Positions 26,903 to 36,359 of a DNA stretch of 64,000 nucleotides are shown in pieces (within the stretch, counting starts at the first letter, position 1; every line of letters begins with the position of its first letter). The position numbers and the translations under genes were made by a program. Below the pieces are notes generated by a model that was not told where the DNA came from, did no database searches, and was given only the letters and a program-made list of their open reading frames with translations. Source of the stretch: an uncultured Dehalococcoidales bacterium. Its GTDB lineage: Bacteria > Chloroflexota > Dehalococcoidia > Dehalococcoidales > BS750m-G39. The DNA lies in NCBI GenBank assembly GCA_964396965.1, contig CAYNGD010000003.1, positions 106-64,105 of the forward strand, given 5' to 3'.

Positions 26903-26974
26903 CTTCCGGCAGAGATAAAGGGATTTTTAAATAAATTGCTATTATAGCCTGAGAGTTATAGAATAAACGAGTAA

Positions 26975-27670
26975 ATGAACGTTGCCAGGCAGCTGTATGA
27001 GCTTCAGGAACTGGACCTGGAGATTGAGTCTGACGAGCAGACGCTGAGGCAGGTCGCCAGCCAGCTCGGCGAGAGCCAGGCGGTAGTCAGAGCTAAGGCG
27101 AAGCTGGAATCCGAGCAGCAGCGCCTTGAGGAGTTAAAGCACCAGCAGCGCACCGCAGAGTGGGAGATAGACGACATCACCAATAAGATTACCGCCGCCG
27201 AGGAGTCCCTCTTCAGCGGCCGCATCAAGAACCCCAAGGAGCTTTCCGGCCTCCAGCACGAGGTCGAGGCGCTTAAAGCCCGGCGCGCTCGGCTTGAGGA
27301 AACAGCGCTGGAGGTGATTGACAGGGTCGAGCAGGCCGAGGCTGGCCTGGCCGAGATGCAGGGCCAGCTGGAAGGCCTGACCGCTGACTGGCGACGCCAG
27401 CAGAAGCAGCTGGCCGTAGAGCAGGCCCGGCTTGAAGCCGTTATCGCTGAGCTTAAGCAGAAACGGCAGCTGCTTTCAGGGCAGATTGAGCCCCAGGCGG
27501 TTGAGCTGTATCAGGCCCTGAAAGATAGCAAGGGGAGGGCGGTAGCCAGGGTGGAGCAGGGGATATGCCGCGGCTGCCGGATATCGCTGCCCATCACCGA
27601 CCTGCAGCGGGCCAGGGGCAATAACCTGGTGCACTGCAGCAGCTGCGGGCGCATCCTCTTCCTGCCTTGA
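26975..27670 (+). CDS. Coiled-coil protein with C4-type zinc ribbon (DUF164 family)
   Basis: LYELQELD, coiled coil, CRGCRI and CSSCGRIL. Confidence 0.9.
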   Translation: MNVARQLYELQELDLEIESDEQTLRQVASQLGESQAVVRAKAKLESEQQRLEELKHQQRTAEWEIDDITNKITAAEESLFSGRIKNPKELSGLQHEVEALKARRARLEETALEVIDRVEQAEAGLAEMQGQLEGLTADWRRQQKQLAVEQARLEAVIAELKQKRQLLSGQIEPQAVELYQALKDSKGRAVARVEQGICRGCRISLPITDLQRARGNNLVHCSSCGRILFLP

Positions 27671-27678
27671 GGGAGCCG

Positions 27679-28080
27679 ATGACGCCGAAAAAGTTAGTAA
27701 TCTATACCGACGGCGCCTCATCGGGCAACCCGGGGCCGGCCTCTATCGGTGCCGTTATTCAGGACGGGCAGGGCAGGGTCATCAGCCGTATCTCCCGGCG
27801 CATCGGCCACGCTACCAATAACCAGGCGGAGTACCGGGCCATAATCGCTTCACTGGAGGAGGCCGCCCGGCTCGGTGCCGAAGAAGTTGACATAAAGTCA
27901 GACTCGGAGCTGGTGGTGAAGCAGCTAAAAGGCCGCTACCGGGTAAAGAAAGCTACTTTAAGGCCGCTCTACCAGGAGGTGGTCCGGCTTGCCGGCTCAC
28001 TTGGGGCCTTCAGTATAACCCACATCCCCCGTGAGCAAAATGTAGAAGCCGACAGGCTGGCCAACCAGGCGCTGGGTTGA
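27679..28080 (+). CDS. rnhA: Ribonuclease HI family protein
   Basis: YTDGASSGNPG, TNNQAEY, SDSELVV, REQNVEADRLAN. Confidence 0.92.
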   Translation: MTPKKLVIYTDGASSGNPGPASIGAVIQDGQGRVISRISRRIGHATNNQAEYRAIIASLEEAARLGAEEVDIKSDSELVVKQLKGRYRVKKATLRPLYQEVVRLAGSLGAFSITHIPREQNVEADRLANQALG

Positions 28081-28112
28081 CTAACCACCGCCGTCATACT
28101 ACACTGTAACCA

Positions 28113-28461
28113 GGTCAAGTAAACTGGGTGACCGCCCCATTTTTGGGGAGGAAAGTCCGAGCTCCACCGGGCAGGATGCTGGCTAACGGCCAGGGGGGGC
28201 GACCCTACGGAGAGTGCCACAGAAACACACCGCCTCCTTCTGGGGGTAAGGGTGAAATGGTGAGGTAAGAGCTCACCGGCGGCTGGGTGACCGGTCGGCT
28301 GGGTAAACCCCATCCGGAGCAAGGCCAAATAGAGGGACACAGGGACGCCCGGCCTGTCCCCGGGTTGGCCGCTTGACCCTGGTGGTAACATCAGGGCTAG
28401 ATAGATGGTCACCGCCCCGATTCGTCGGGGTACAGAACTCGGCTTACAGGTTTACTTGGCC
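28113..28461 (+). ncRNA. rnpB: RNase P RNA (bacterial type A)
   Basis: GAGGAAAGTCC, AGTGCCACAGAAA, AAACCCC, GAGCAAGGCCAAATA, ACAGAACTCGGCTTA; 5'/3' ends pair (GGTCAAGTAAAC / GTTTACTTGGCC). Confidence 0.96.
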
Positions 28462-28558
28462 TTTTGACTTTTGGCACTTTTTGGCAACTAAGGTCATTAG
28501 TGATGCACCCTGTGCAAGGAAGTGCGCCAACTGTGCCGGTTCTGTTCGGTGTTGCCAT
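28409..28558 (-). pseudogene. N-terminal fragment of split integrase-like gene, int(N)
   Basis: AAGGAGG (28567-28573), 8 nt, ATG 28558; 41 codons run through the att core, then stop antisense within rnpB; frame matches the fragment beyond attR. Confidence 0.6.
28436..28462 (+). repeat. attL: 27-bp direct repeat (3' end of rnpB)
   Basis: AACTCGGCTTACAGGTTTACTTGGCCT, identical to 39320-39346. Confidence 0.93.
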
Positions 28559-28997
28559 CGTCTTGCCCTCCTTTTCATCATCTTCGCTTATGATTATAGA
28601 TTTGTCAATAGCCTCGTGTCTGAATGGGACAGATGGATAGCTTTAGTTCGACTTCAATAGGCCAATAGAAAGCAAAGGGGGGTCGGTACAACTATTTCTG
28701 ATCAAATAACTGTCTCTGATTATATGCCATAACTCTCACCTAATGCAGGCTCACTTCGCGGCTGGTTAAACAAAACAATGTTTTGTGACCTGTTTAGCCT
28801 TATATACTTAACTTAGTTGCACCATCTGGACTTTTGGTCAATCAATAGGCATTAATATGCCAAACGAAACAGATTGTCAGTACAATACTTCCTTGCTTGT
28901 TTTCCCCAGCAAGGAAATCTCTTGCCCAACCTATAGCTTGACATGGCAGGCATTTCGTTTATAGTATAGCAAAGACATTCAATTTTGGGATGGACAC

Positions 28998-29411
28998 ATG
29001 GTCAAGCCGAAAACGGCCAAGCCAGGAAATAAACCCTCTCGAAGCCGGGAAGCAGGCTACAGCATAAGAGGCCGCATCTGGGTTGAGAAAGACGGTGAAC
29101 TGTATTTGGGGTGGGGCCGAGTGATACTTTTGGAGCGATTGGATGAGATGGGGTCAATTGCCGCTGCCGCTCGTTCCATGGGGCTAACCTATCGCAATGC
29201 TTGGTTGTGGATAGAGTCCATGAACCGCTTGGCTCCTTCCCCTTTGGTTGAGAAGACAATCGGTGGGGGCGGCGGCGGTCATACCAAACTGACAGAGGAA
29301 GGGCATAAAGCCGTCGCCCTATACAAAGAGTTGCACCTCCATTTAGAGAAACTCTTGGAGCAAGAAGCCCTATACATTAACCACGAAAGTGGTGTCCCCG
29401 TATCCCCTTAA
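28998..29411 (+). CDS. ModE-like winged-helix regulator (DNA-binding domain only)
   Basis: GRIWVE, LGWGRVILL, GSIAAAARSMGLTYRNAW, GGGGGGHTKLT; no TOBE domains. Confidence 0.85.
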   Translation: MVKPKTAKPGNKPSRSREAGYSIRGRIWVEKDGELYLGWGRVILLERLDEMGSIAAAARSMGLTYRNAWLWIESMNRLAPSPLVEKTIGGGGGGHTKLTEEGHKAVALYKELHLHLEKLLEQEALYINHESGVPVSP

Positions 29412-29481
29412 CCTAATAATACTAGCTAAGAACCTTTCAAGGCACGTATCAGCTTTATTTAGCAGTTAAGCCGGATCCCAC

Positions 29482-29510
29482 TTGACAAGTCGCTATACCT
29501 TCTGTAATAT
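29482..29510 (+). promoter_or_regulatory. Sigma70 promoter of ABC uptake operon
   Basis: TTGACA-17-TAATAT. Confidence 0.65.
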
Positions 29511-29524
29511 ACACATAATTTAAA

Positions 29525-29546
29525 CTATATCTCCGCAGATATAGCG
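29525..29546. promoter_or_regulatory. ModE-box-like palindrome
   Basis: CTATATCT-CCGC-AGATATAGCG; related CGCTATAC...ATATAC at 29491-29512 overlaps the promoter. Confidence 0.55.
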
Positions 29547-29589
29547 CCTCAGAACTTTGCCGAGAATAAAACGAAGGAGGTCAATTAAT

Positions 29590-30675
29590 TTGAAAACCAA
29601 GGTCTTGACTATTTTTGCGGTTCTGATTCTAGTAGTTGCTCTAATAGCCAGTTTGACCGGTTGTCAGAGCACGGGCGCTCACAATGCTCCGGCAACACCC
29701 GCGCCTACCACCAGAACCATCACCGATATGTATGGCCGCCAGATCACCGTGCCCACCACGATTAATCGCGTGCTGGGCACCAGCCCGATAGAAATGGAGC
29801 TGGTCTATATGCTTGCCCCGGACAAGCTGGTCGGGCTGGCCGTCGAAGTTAAAGGCCAGCCCCCGCTGGTGCCGGAGAAGTACAGCAGCCTACCTGTAAT
29901 AGGGGGCTGGTTCGGCACCCAGACCGGCAACTACGAGACCTTCATCGCCGCTAAACCGGACATCATCCTAGAGGGCTTCGAATCCAGTATTGCCGAAAGG
30001 CAGGAGAAGTTCGGCTCCATCCCAGTGGTGGGCGTCAACGCCGGTGATTATCTAACGAACTACGAAAACGAGGTGCGCTTCCTGGGGGATCTGCTGGGGG
30101 TACAGGCGCAGGCCCAAAGCCTTATCACCTACTACAAGGATGCCATGCAGTATGTCGAAAACGTTGTTTCCGGTATCCCGGATAATGCCAGGGTAAAAGT
30201 GTACTATGCCGAAGGCAAGGATGGTTTCAGTACCGACCCCTCTGTTTCGATGCATACCAAGTTGCTGGAGTTCTGCGGCGGCGAGAACGTGGCCAAGGTT
30301 ACTTTAATACCGGGTTACGGCATGGCCGAGACATCCCTAGAGCAAATCGCACTGTGGGACCCGGACATGATTATCATCGGCCGCAGCAGTCAGGCAACAC
30401 TGTATCAAACGATTATGACCGACTCCAAATGGAGCCAGCTTAAAGCAGTGAAAAACAAGCAGGTCTTCCTTCGGCCGGATAACCCCCTCTCCTGGTTCGA
30501 TGGCCCGCCGGGGCCGTGCCAGATTATCGGCCTGTACTGGATGGTGCACACGCTGTATCCCGATAAAACTAAAGATTTGGACCTGGGGGCCAAGGTTAAA
30601 GAGTTCTACGCCAAATTTTTGCACTATCAACTGACCGATGCCGAGGTGGCCGGGCTGTTAGCCAATCCAAGCTAA
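29590..30675 (+). CDS. ABC transporter substrate-binding lipoprotein (class III, BtuF/FhuD/MolA-like)
   Basis: TTG start after AAGGAGG; lipobox LTGC; TITDMYGRQITVP, KPDIIL, WDPDMIII. Confidence 0.88.
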   Translation: MKTKVLTIFAVLILVVALIASLTGCQSTGAHNAPATPAPTTRTITDMYGRQITVPTTINRVLGTSPIEMELVYMLAPDKLVGLAVEVKGQPPLVPEKYSSLPVIGGWFGTQTGNYETFIAAKPDIILEGFESSIAERQEKFGSIPVVGVNAGDYLTNYENEVRFLGDLLGVQAQAQSLITYYKDAMQYVENVVSGIPDNARVKVYYAEGKDGFSTDPSVSMHTKLLEFCGGENVAKVTLIPGYGMAETSLEQIALWDPDMIIIGRSSQATLYQTIMTDSKWSQLKAVKNKQVFLRPDNPLSWFDGPPGPCQIIGLYWMVHTLYPDKTKDLDLGAKVKEFYAKFLHYQLTDAEVAGLLANPS

Positions 30676-30679
30676 AAAA

Positions 30680-31759
30680 ATGGTTACTGTGGAAAAGGTA
30701 AAGCCGGGCGCGAAGAACTCAAGCTCCGTCCAGGCAAAGAGACTGGGACTGGGCGGGGTATCTACCGGCGTTATTCTGGCCGGTATACTGGCAGTGCTTT
30801 TCATCCTCTCGTTCGCTATTGGCAGATACCCCGTCTCCCCCGTGGATGTGGTCAAGATACTGGTTTCTCATATTCTGCCTCTGCAGCATACTTGGCCCGA
30901 TATACTGAATACGATAGTGATACAGATAAGACTGCCGAGAATACTGGCGGCGATACTGGTAGGCGCCAGCCTAGCGCTGGCTGGCGCCTCCTTTCAGGGA
31001 CTCTTTCGCAACCCGCTGGTGTCTCCAGATATTCTGGGAGTCAGCACGGGCGCCGGCTTCGGCGCCGCCGTGGCTATCCTGCTCTCCTGGAACATGGTCA
31101 TGATACAGGTAGCCGCCTTCATCAGCGCTTTGGTGGCCGTGGGCGTTTCCTACGGCGTGAGCAAGATGGTCAAAGGTAACACTACACTGACCCTCATTCT
31201 GGCGGGCATGGCTATCGGCTCTCTCTTCGGTGCCTTACTTTCTCTGGTGAAATACGTCGCCGACCCCACCAACCAGTTGCCCACCATCACCTACTGGCTC
31301 ATGGGCAGTCTGGCTTCGGTAAGTACACGTGACCTGCTTTTCGCCGCTATCCCGATGCTGGTGGGTATCGCTGTGCTCATCCTTATCCGCTGGCGCTTCA
31401 ACGTGTTGGCGATGGGTGAGGAAGAAGCCATGGCACTGGGAGTAGAAACCAGCCGGCTGCGTGCCATAATCATCGTCTGCTGCACCATGATTACGGCCTC
31501 CTCGGTATGTATCAGCGGCACCATCGGCTGGGTGGGGCTGGTTATTCCCCATATCGGCCGCATGCTGGTAGGGCCGAACCACAGAAGACTCCTCCCCGTG
31601 AGTCTGCTGTTGGGAGCGGCTTACCTCCTGCTGATTGACAATATCTGCCGGGTAGTGGCCAGTGTGGAGATTCCGATAGGGATTCTCACGGCGATTGTCG
31701 GCGTGCCGTTCTTTATTTACCTGCTCAACAGGAGCGGAAGGGGGTGGGCATGGAGCTAA
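30680..31759 (+). CDS. FecCD/BtuC-family ABC permease
   Basis: IRLPRI, FRNPLVSPDILGVS, GTIGWVGLVIPH. Confidence 0.92.
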   Translation: MVTVEKVKPGAKNSSSVQAKRLGLGGVSTGVILAGILAVLFILSFAIGRYPVSPVDVVKILVSHILPLQHTWPDILNTIVIQIRLPRILAAILVGASLALAGASFQGLFRNPLVSPDILGVSTGAGFGAAVAILLSWNMVMIQVAAFISALVAVGVSYGVSKMVKGNTTLTLILAGMAIGSLFGALLSLVKYVADPTNQLPTITYWLMGSLASVSTRDLLFAAIPMLVGIAVLILIRWRFNVLAMGEEEAMALGVETSRLRAIIIVCCTMITASSVCISGTIGWVGLVIPHIGRMLVGPNHRRLLPVSLLLGAAYLLLIDNICRVVASVEIPIGILTAIVGVPFFIYLLNRSGRGWAWS

Positions 31760-32592
31760 TAGTAAATAATGCCGAATTCCACTATGATGCCATCGGAAAC
31801 AGCGGTTTTAAGAACATCAACTTCTCCCTGGAAGATGGCGAGGTAATGTCCATTCTCGGCCCCAATGGTTGCGGCAAGACGACCCTGCTGAAGTGCCTCA
31901 ACAACTTGATTAGACTCGGTAAAGGGAGCATAGCGGTGGATAATCAGGATGTATCGCGTCTGCCCAGAGCCGAGATAGCCAGGTCTATCGGCTATGTGCC
32001 GCAGATGCACCAGCCTGTCTTCCCCTTTACTGTCCTGGATACCGTGCTGGTGGGTAGAGCGCCTCACCTTGGGCTGCTGGCTTCCCCGAAACCGGAGGAT
32101 GTTAAAATTGCCGAACAATCCTTGGACATTATGGGCATTTATCATCTTAGGGATAGACCTTATACCCAGATAAGCGGCGGTGAGAGGCAACTGGTTATCT
32201 TTGCCCGGGTGTTGGCCCAGCAGCCGGCACTTCTCCTTCTGGATGAACCCACCTCGCACCTGGACTTTGGCAATCAGATACGCGTTTTGCACTTGGTGGA
32301 GGAGCTGGCGGCCACCGGCCTTCCTATCATCATGACTACCCACTTCCCTGACCACGCCTTTCTTATGTCCAGCAAGGTGGCTATCATGAAAAATGGTGAG
32401 TTCTTGGACTTTGGCCCGCCTGATGAAGTTATTACCGATGCCAATCTGGAGAAGGCCTACGGCATCAAGGTTAAGGTGCTGGATGTGGATGGCGCTATTA
32501 ACCGAAGAATATGCCTGCCCCTCAAGAGCGACCTTAACTCTATCTCAAACTTAAATATTCTATTGGAGAGACTGTATGGACGAAAACTTTGA
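31750..32592 (+). CDS. ABC transporter ATP-binding protein (FepC/BtuD-like)
   Basis: GPNGCGKTT, ISGGERQ, LLDEPT. Confidence 0.92.
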   Translation: MELIVNNAEFHYDAIGNSGFKNINFSLEDGEVMSILGPNGCGKTTLLKCLNNLIRLGKGSIAVDNQDVSRLPRAEIARSIGYVPQMHQPVFPFTVLDTVLVGRAPHLGLLASPKPEDVKIAEQSLDIMGIYHLRDRPYTQISGGERQLVIFARVLAQQPALLLLDEPTSHLDFGNQIRVLHLVEELAATGLPIIMTTHFPDHAFLMSSKVAIMKNGEFLDFGPPDEVITDANLEKAYGIKVKVLDVDGAINRRICLPLKSDLNSISNLNILLERLYGRKL

Positions 32593-33115
32593 TTTTCTTC
32601 TGCAAAAAGCCAAGGCTTTTCACGGTGATGTCTGTGCCGGTATAGTCCTGGGCACACGATTGACCATAGCCGGCATGAAGGCTCTGGGTATGGACCCCAC
32701 AAAGCGTAACCGCGACCTTATCGTTTTTGTGGAGATTGACCGCTGTATGTCAGACGCAGTGCAGGCCATTACGGGCTGTTCACTGGGGCACCGCACCCTG
32801 AAGTATATTAACTACGGCAGGTTTGCTGCCACTTTCTATGACATGAGTAGAAACCGGGCAGTGCGTGTCTCCCGACGTAATCTACCTATGGGTAATGAAG
32901 ACCTTGTTGAAGCATACACAAACGCTCCAGAAGAGGAGTTGATCAAACTGGAGGAGGTTAAAGTCAGCCTGGATAGTCATGACCTGCCGGGCAGGCCACA
33001 ATCGATGGAGGAGTGCAGCCATTGTGGCGAGCTTATCTTTGATAGTAGAGGGGTCAATGCGGATGGTAAGCTCTTGTGCCGGGCCTGTGCCAGTGGTGCT
33101 TATTATAGCCATTAA
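32576..33115 (+). CDS. FmdE family protein with C-terminal zinc finger
   Basis: FHGDVCAG, EIDRCMSDAVQ, CSLGHRTL, CSHCGE...CRAC. Confidence 0.88.
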   Translation: MDENFDFLLQKAKAFHGDVCAGIVLGTRLTIAGMKALGMDPTKRNRDLIVFVEIDRCMSDAVQAITGCSLGHRTLKYINYGRFAATFYDMSRNRAVRVSRRNLPMGNEDLVEAYTNAPEEELIKLEEVKVSLDSHDLPGRPQSMEECSHCGELIFDSRGVNADGKLLCRACASGAYYSH

Positions 33116-33143
33116 CCAAAGAGCCAGATAAGGAGGCAAAAAC

Positions 33144-33890
33144 ATGATGAAGCTAATAGACGACCTTATTTCAGCAGTACGTCATAATGCCGCTTCGGCT
33201 AAGGATGTGCGAGTGGGGGTCTCTTGGACCGGGGTATGGGGCAAGTACTGCGGGCTTTCCAAGACCTACGGTGTACCTTTTGTCCATGGCAACTACACCC
33301 GTGATATGGGCCACTTGACCGAAAAGACCACCCTGGAACTGGCGGAGTACGCCAAGTCCTGGAACCTGATTGAGGCCAGCATCGGGGTAGCCGCCATCAA
33401 TTCGATGATTAAGGCTAAAGGGGCAGTCAACATCAACGCACGGGAAATCATCCTGCGTAAGGGGCAGGGCAAACGGATAGCGATGTCGGGTGCCTTTCCC
33501 TTTACCCCGGAACTCAAAAAGCTGGCCAAGCAGTTGTGGGTGATGGAACTGGACCAGAGTCAGCTTAATCCAGCCCAAGGCATCATCACTGAAACTGCTG
33601 CTGAATACATCATTCCAGAGTGCGACATAGTGATTATCACCGGCTCCACACTCATCAATAAATCCATGGAAAGACTGCTGGAACTGGCCCGGTTAGCTAA
33701 AGCCTATACTGTTGTTCTCGGCCCCAGCACTCCACTGAGTGAAGTTCTTTTTGACTATGGCGCTCACTTGGTAGCAGGCGCTGAAGTCGTCCAGCCTGAA
33801 GCGGTGCTCAAGAAGCTAAGCCAGAGCGGGGGCATGCTGGATACCAAGGTCTGCCCGGGCGAAATTGCATTTAAGGTTCTGGAAAGATGA
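33144..33890 (+). CDS. DUF364 family protein (Rossmann-like, putative metal chelation)
   Basis: ASIGVAAINS, IITGSTLIN, LGPSTPL. Confidence 0.85.
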   Translation: MMKLIDDLISAVRHNAASAKDVRVGVSWTGVWGKYCGLSKTYGVPFVHGNYTRDMGHLTEKTTLELAEYAKSWNLIEASIGVAAINSMIKAKGAVNINAREIILRKGQGKRIAMSGAFPFTPELKKLAKQLWVMELDQSQLNPAQGIITETAAEYIIPECDIVIITGSTLINKSMERLLELARLAKAYTVVLGPSTPLSEVLFDYGAHLVAGAEVVQPEAVLKKLSQSGGMLDTKVCPGEIAFKVLER

Positions 33891-34537
33891 ACTACCAGAC
33901 CGACCCTCAGCGGATGAACCTGATTGCCAAACTCGCCTTTGCCCCGATATACCCCTATTTAGCCCAGCAGATAAGGGACAAGTTCGGCATAACCAATGGA
34001 ATATGCGTTGACCTTGGTTCGGGCCCGGCCTCACTGGCTATCGCCATAGCCCGCATCACCGATTTAACCATCTATTCCTTGGACATCCAGCCTGAGATGA
34101 TCAGTGTTGCTCGGCAGAATATCGCCGAAGCCGGGTTTTCTTCCCGTATACGCGCCGTAACTGCCGATGTGTGTCGGATGCCCTTTGAAGATAATTCGGT
34201 TGACCTGATGGTTAGCCGCGGCTCTATTTTCTTCTGGGAAGACCGGGTAACGGCTTTCCGGGAAATATACCGTGTCCTCCGGCCCGGCGGGGTAGCCTAC
34301 TGCGGCGGCAGCCTTGGTGACGATACCACGCGGGCGCAGGTAATAGCCGCCTTCAATACCATTGCTGAACTCCAACCATATAAGGAAGATTGGCAGCACA
34401 CAGTCAGCCGCAATATGAATAAGCTGACCTTGGAAACCATGCTCGAAGAACTGGGGCAGGCTGGCGTGCCGGGCACCGTGGAAAAAGAAAACGGAGGTAT
34501 CTGGGCACAGATAATCAAACTGAATAACGAGGCGTAA
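33887..34537 (+). CDS. Class I SAM-dependent methyltransferase
   Basis: VDLGSGPA, DVCRMPF, SRGSIFFW, VLRPGG. Confidence 0.88.
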   Translation: MNYQTDPQRMNLIAKLAFAPIYPYLAQQIRDKFGITNGICVDLGSGPASLAIAIARITDLTIYSLDIQPEMISVARQNIAEAGFSSRIRAVTADVCRMPFEDNSVDLMVSRGSIFFWEDRVTAFREIYRVLRPGGVAYCGGSLGDDTTRAQVIAAFNTIAELQPYKEDWQHTVSRNMNKLTLETMLEELGQAGVPGTVEKENGGIWAQIIKLNNEA

Positions 34538-34775
34538 TAATGGGCAACAGCGATATAACTCCGGGAAGCAGCCCGAGGAATATAGACTGGGCACTGGTAT
34601 GGTGGAACAAATGTCTTGAATAGGTCTAGTCTCCGCACCCCACAACTATTGGCGGTCCTAATTACCAAGAAGTCTTGTTCTGGTTCAGACCCAAGATAGT
34701 CCTAAGAATAGGATACGAGGTCTAACTTGACTTTTAAAGCTGTTTGCAGTAGTTCTTATAAGTATTCAGGAAAAG

Positions 34776-35558
34776 ATGAAAATAAAGCAAGCTTTTGATA
34801 TTCACACTGGTGAAGTGATAAGTCTCGTAGGTGGCGGTGGCAAAACGGCTCTGATGTTTGCCATAGCCCGTGAAATGGTTCTGGACAAGAACCGAATTAT
34901 TACCACGACCACCACCAAAATCTTCGAACCCTTACCTTCTCAGACACAAAAACTTCTTGTGGAGAAAAATGAGGTGAAACTGCTAAAGTTGCTGCTCCAG
35001 CAAATTGATAATTACACTCATATCACCTTAGCCAGTGAAAAACTAGGTTCGGGAAAGTTAAATGGCATCAACCCAGAGCTGGTGACAAAGCTAGCCGGAA
35101 TTGAGAAAATATCTTGCATTATTATTGAAGCAGACGGAGCAGCACACAAATCGCTGAAAGCACCAAACGCAACGGAGCCGGTAATGCCAGATAATACCTC
35201 CCTGGTCATACCAGTCGTGGGCGTTGATGCCTTGGGTTGCCGCTTGACTAAAGAAGAGGTTTTTAGACCAGAAATTGCTGCCGAGTTACTCGGAGTGCCC
35301 ATTGGCGAGGTTATGACAGCCGAGTTGATTGCTCGCTTGATAACTCACCCCCGGGGTATAACCAAAGGAAGCCCGGAAGGGGCAAGGATTATCCCGTTTA
35401 TAAATAAAATGGATTTAAATGAAGGTTTGTCAAAGGGAAGAATCATGGCAAATATGATTTTGGCAATGGGTCATTCTCAAATAAAGTACGTCGTGCTAGG
35501 TCAAGCTCAATCACCAAACCCTGTGACAGAAGTCATTCGGGAGAAAAATCATGGCTGA
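34776..35558 (+). CDS. yqeC: YqeC-family selenium/molybdenum hydroxylase accessory protein
   Basis: SLVGGGGKT, TTTTKI, EADGA..K.LKAP..TEPV.P. Confidence 0.87.
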   Translation: MKIKQAFDIHTGEVISLVGGGGKTALMFAIAREMVLDKNRIITTTTTKIFEPLPSQTQKLLVEKNEVKLLKLLLQQIDNYTHITLASEKLGSGKLNGINPELVTKLAGIEKISCIIIEADGAAHKSLKAPNATEPVMPDNTSLVIPVVGVDALGCRLTKEEVFRPEIAAELLGVPIGEVMTAELIARLITHPRGITKGSPEGARIIPFINKMDLNEGLSKGRIMANMILAMGHSQIKYVVLGQAQSPNPVTEVIREKNHG

Positions 35559-35818
35559 TATCTATGCCGATTGTCCTTAAAGACATTGCTGCTTCACTGT
35601 ACCTGCAAGTCTCAAGTACGCTCCTGACATTAAACAACAGTGATTTTAAAATTATCCCCTCTGAGGAGAGACTCCAACATAATGGAATCGCGTTCAAAGC
35701 CGATTACTTATAAGACTGAACATTACGCTATCTTGTGTCGGGGGGTTTTGGGCGTGTGAGGGCAGGCTACGTGCCGAAGTATATCATTGCTTATTCTCTC
35801 TCCGCAGTCTTTAGCAGG

Positions 35819-35848
35819 TTGACAAATACCTATTGCATAAAATATAAT
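35819..35848 (+). promoter_or_regulatory. Sigma70 promoter of Fur-family gene
   Basis: TTGACA-18-TATAAT. Confidence 0.65.
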
Positions 35849-35864
35849 TGCAACTAGGTGCAAT
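35847..35864. promoter_or_regulatory. Putative Fur-family operator, copy 1
   Basis: ATTGCAACTAGGTGCAAT, one mismatch to the palindrome at 36315. Confidence 0.75.
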
Positions 35865-35868
35865 AACC

Positions 35869-36282
35869 ATGAGCTGCTTGGAAACATTAAGAGAAAAAGA
35901 CCTGAAGCTAACTCCCCAGAGAAGACTGATAATAGACATTATTAACGATGCTCATTCACATCTTACGGGAGAAAATATTATCGACTATGTACAGAGCAAG
36001 ATGCCAAGAGTAAATAAGTCTACCATTTACCGCACTCTGGATATCTTGGAACAAGCCGGATGCGTTTTTAAGAGTAAATACGGCAATCATTTCATCTACC
36101 ATCACGCTGAAGAAGGCCATCATCATCACCTGGTTTGCCGGAGGTGCGGTAAAACCGTGGAATGTTCGGAAAATCTCTTCAGTCAGGTTGAGCAGTCTGT
36201 GGCGGAAAAATATGGCTTCCAGGTTAGTTTCAGACATATCGTGATGAATGGTCTTTGTGGTAACTGTAAAAATCAAGGTTAG
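35869..36282 (+). CDS. Fur-family metal-sensing regulator (Zur/Nur-like)
   Basis: LTPQRRLI, STIYRTL, HHHHLVCRRCG, GLCGNC. Confidence 0.9.
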   Translation: MSCLETLREKDLKLTPQRRLIIDIINDAHSHLTGENIIDYVQSKMPRVNKSTIYRTLDILEQAGCVFKSKYGNHFIYHHAEEGHHHHLVCRRCGKTVECSENLFSQVEQSVAEKYGFQVSFRHIVMNGLCGNCKNQG

Positions 36283-36314
36283 CTGAAGGGTACAGATTAT
36301 TTTTTTGCTCTTGT

Positions 36315-36332
36315 ATTGCAACTAGTTGCAAT
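36315..36332. promoter_or_regulatory. Putative Fur-family operator, copy 2 (perfect palindrome)
   Basis: ATTGCAACT-AGTTGCAAT upstream of the cbiM SD. Confidence 0.8.
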
Positions 36333-36359
36333 TAGAATAAGGAGGTAAAGGAGTATCAG

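Noticed and set aside
34540-34775. Moco/Wco riboswitch upstream of yqeC
   Set aside because: Short CCTAAG and TATGG words occur in the wrong order and I could not build the conserved stems; an Infernal search would settle it
35560-35820. Cobalamin or NiCo riboswitch upstream of the fur-cbiMQO block
   Set aside because: No B12-box or four-way junction recognisable; the palindromic operators explain regulation better
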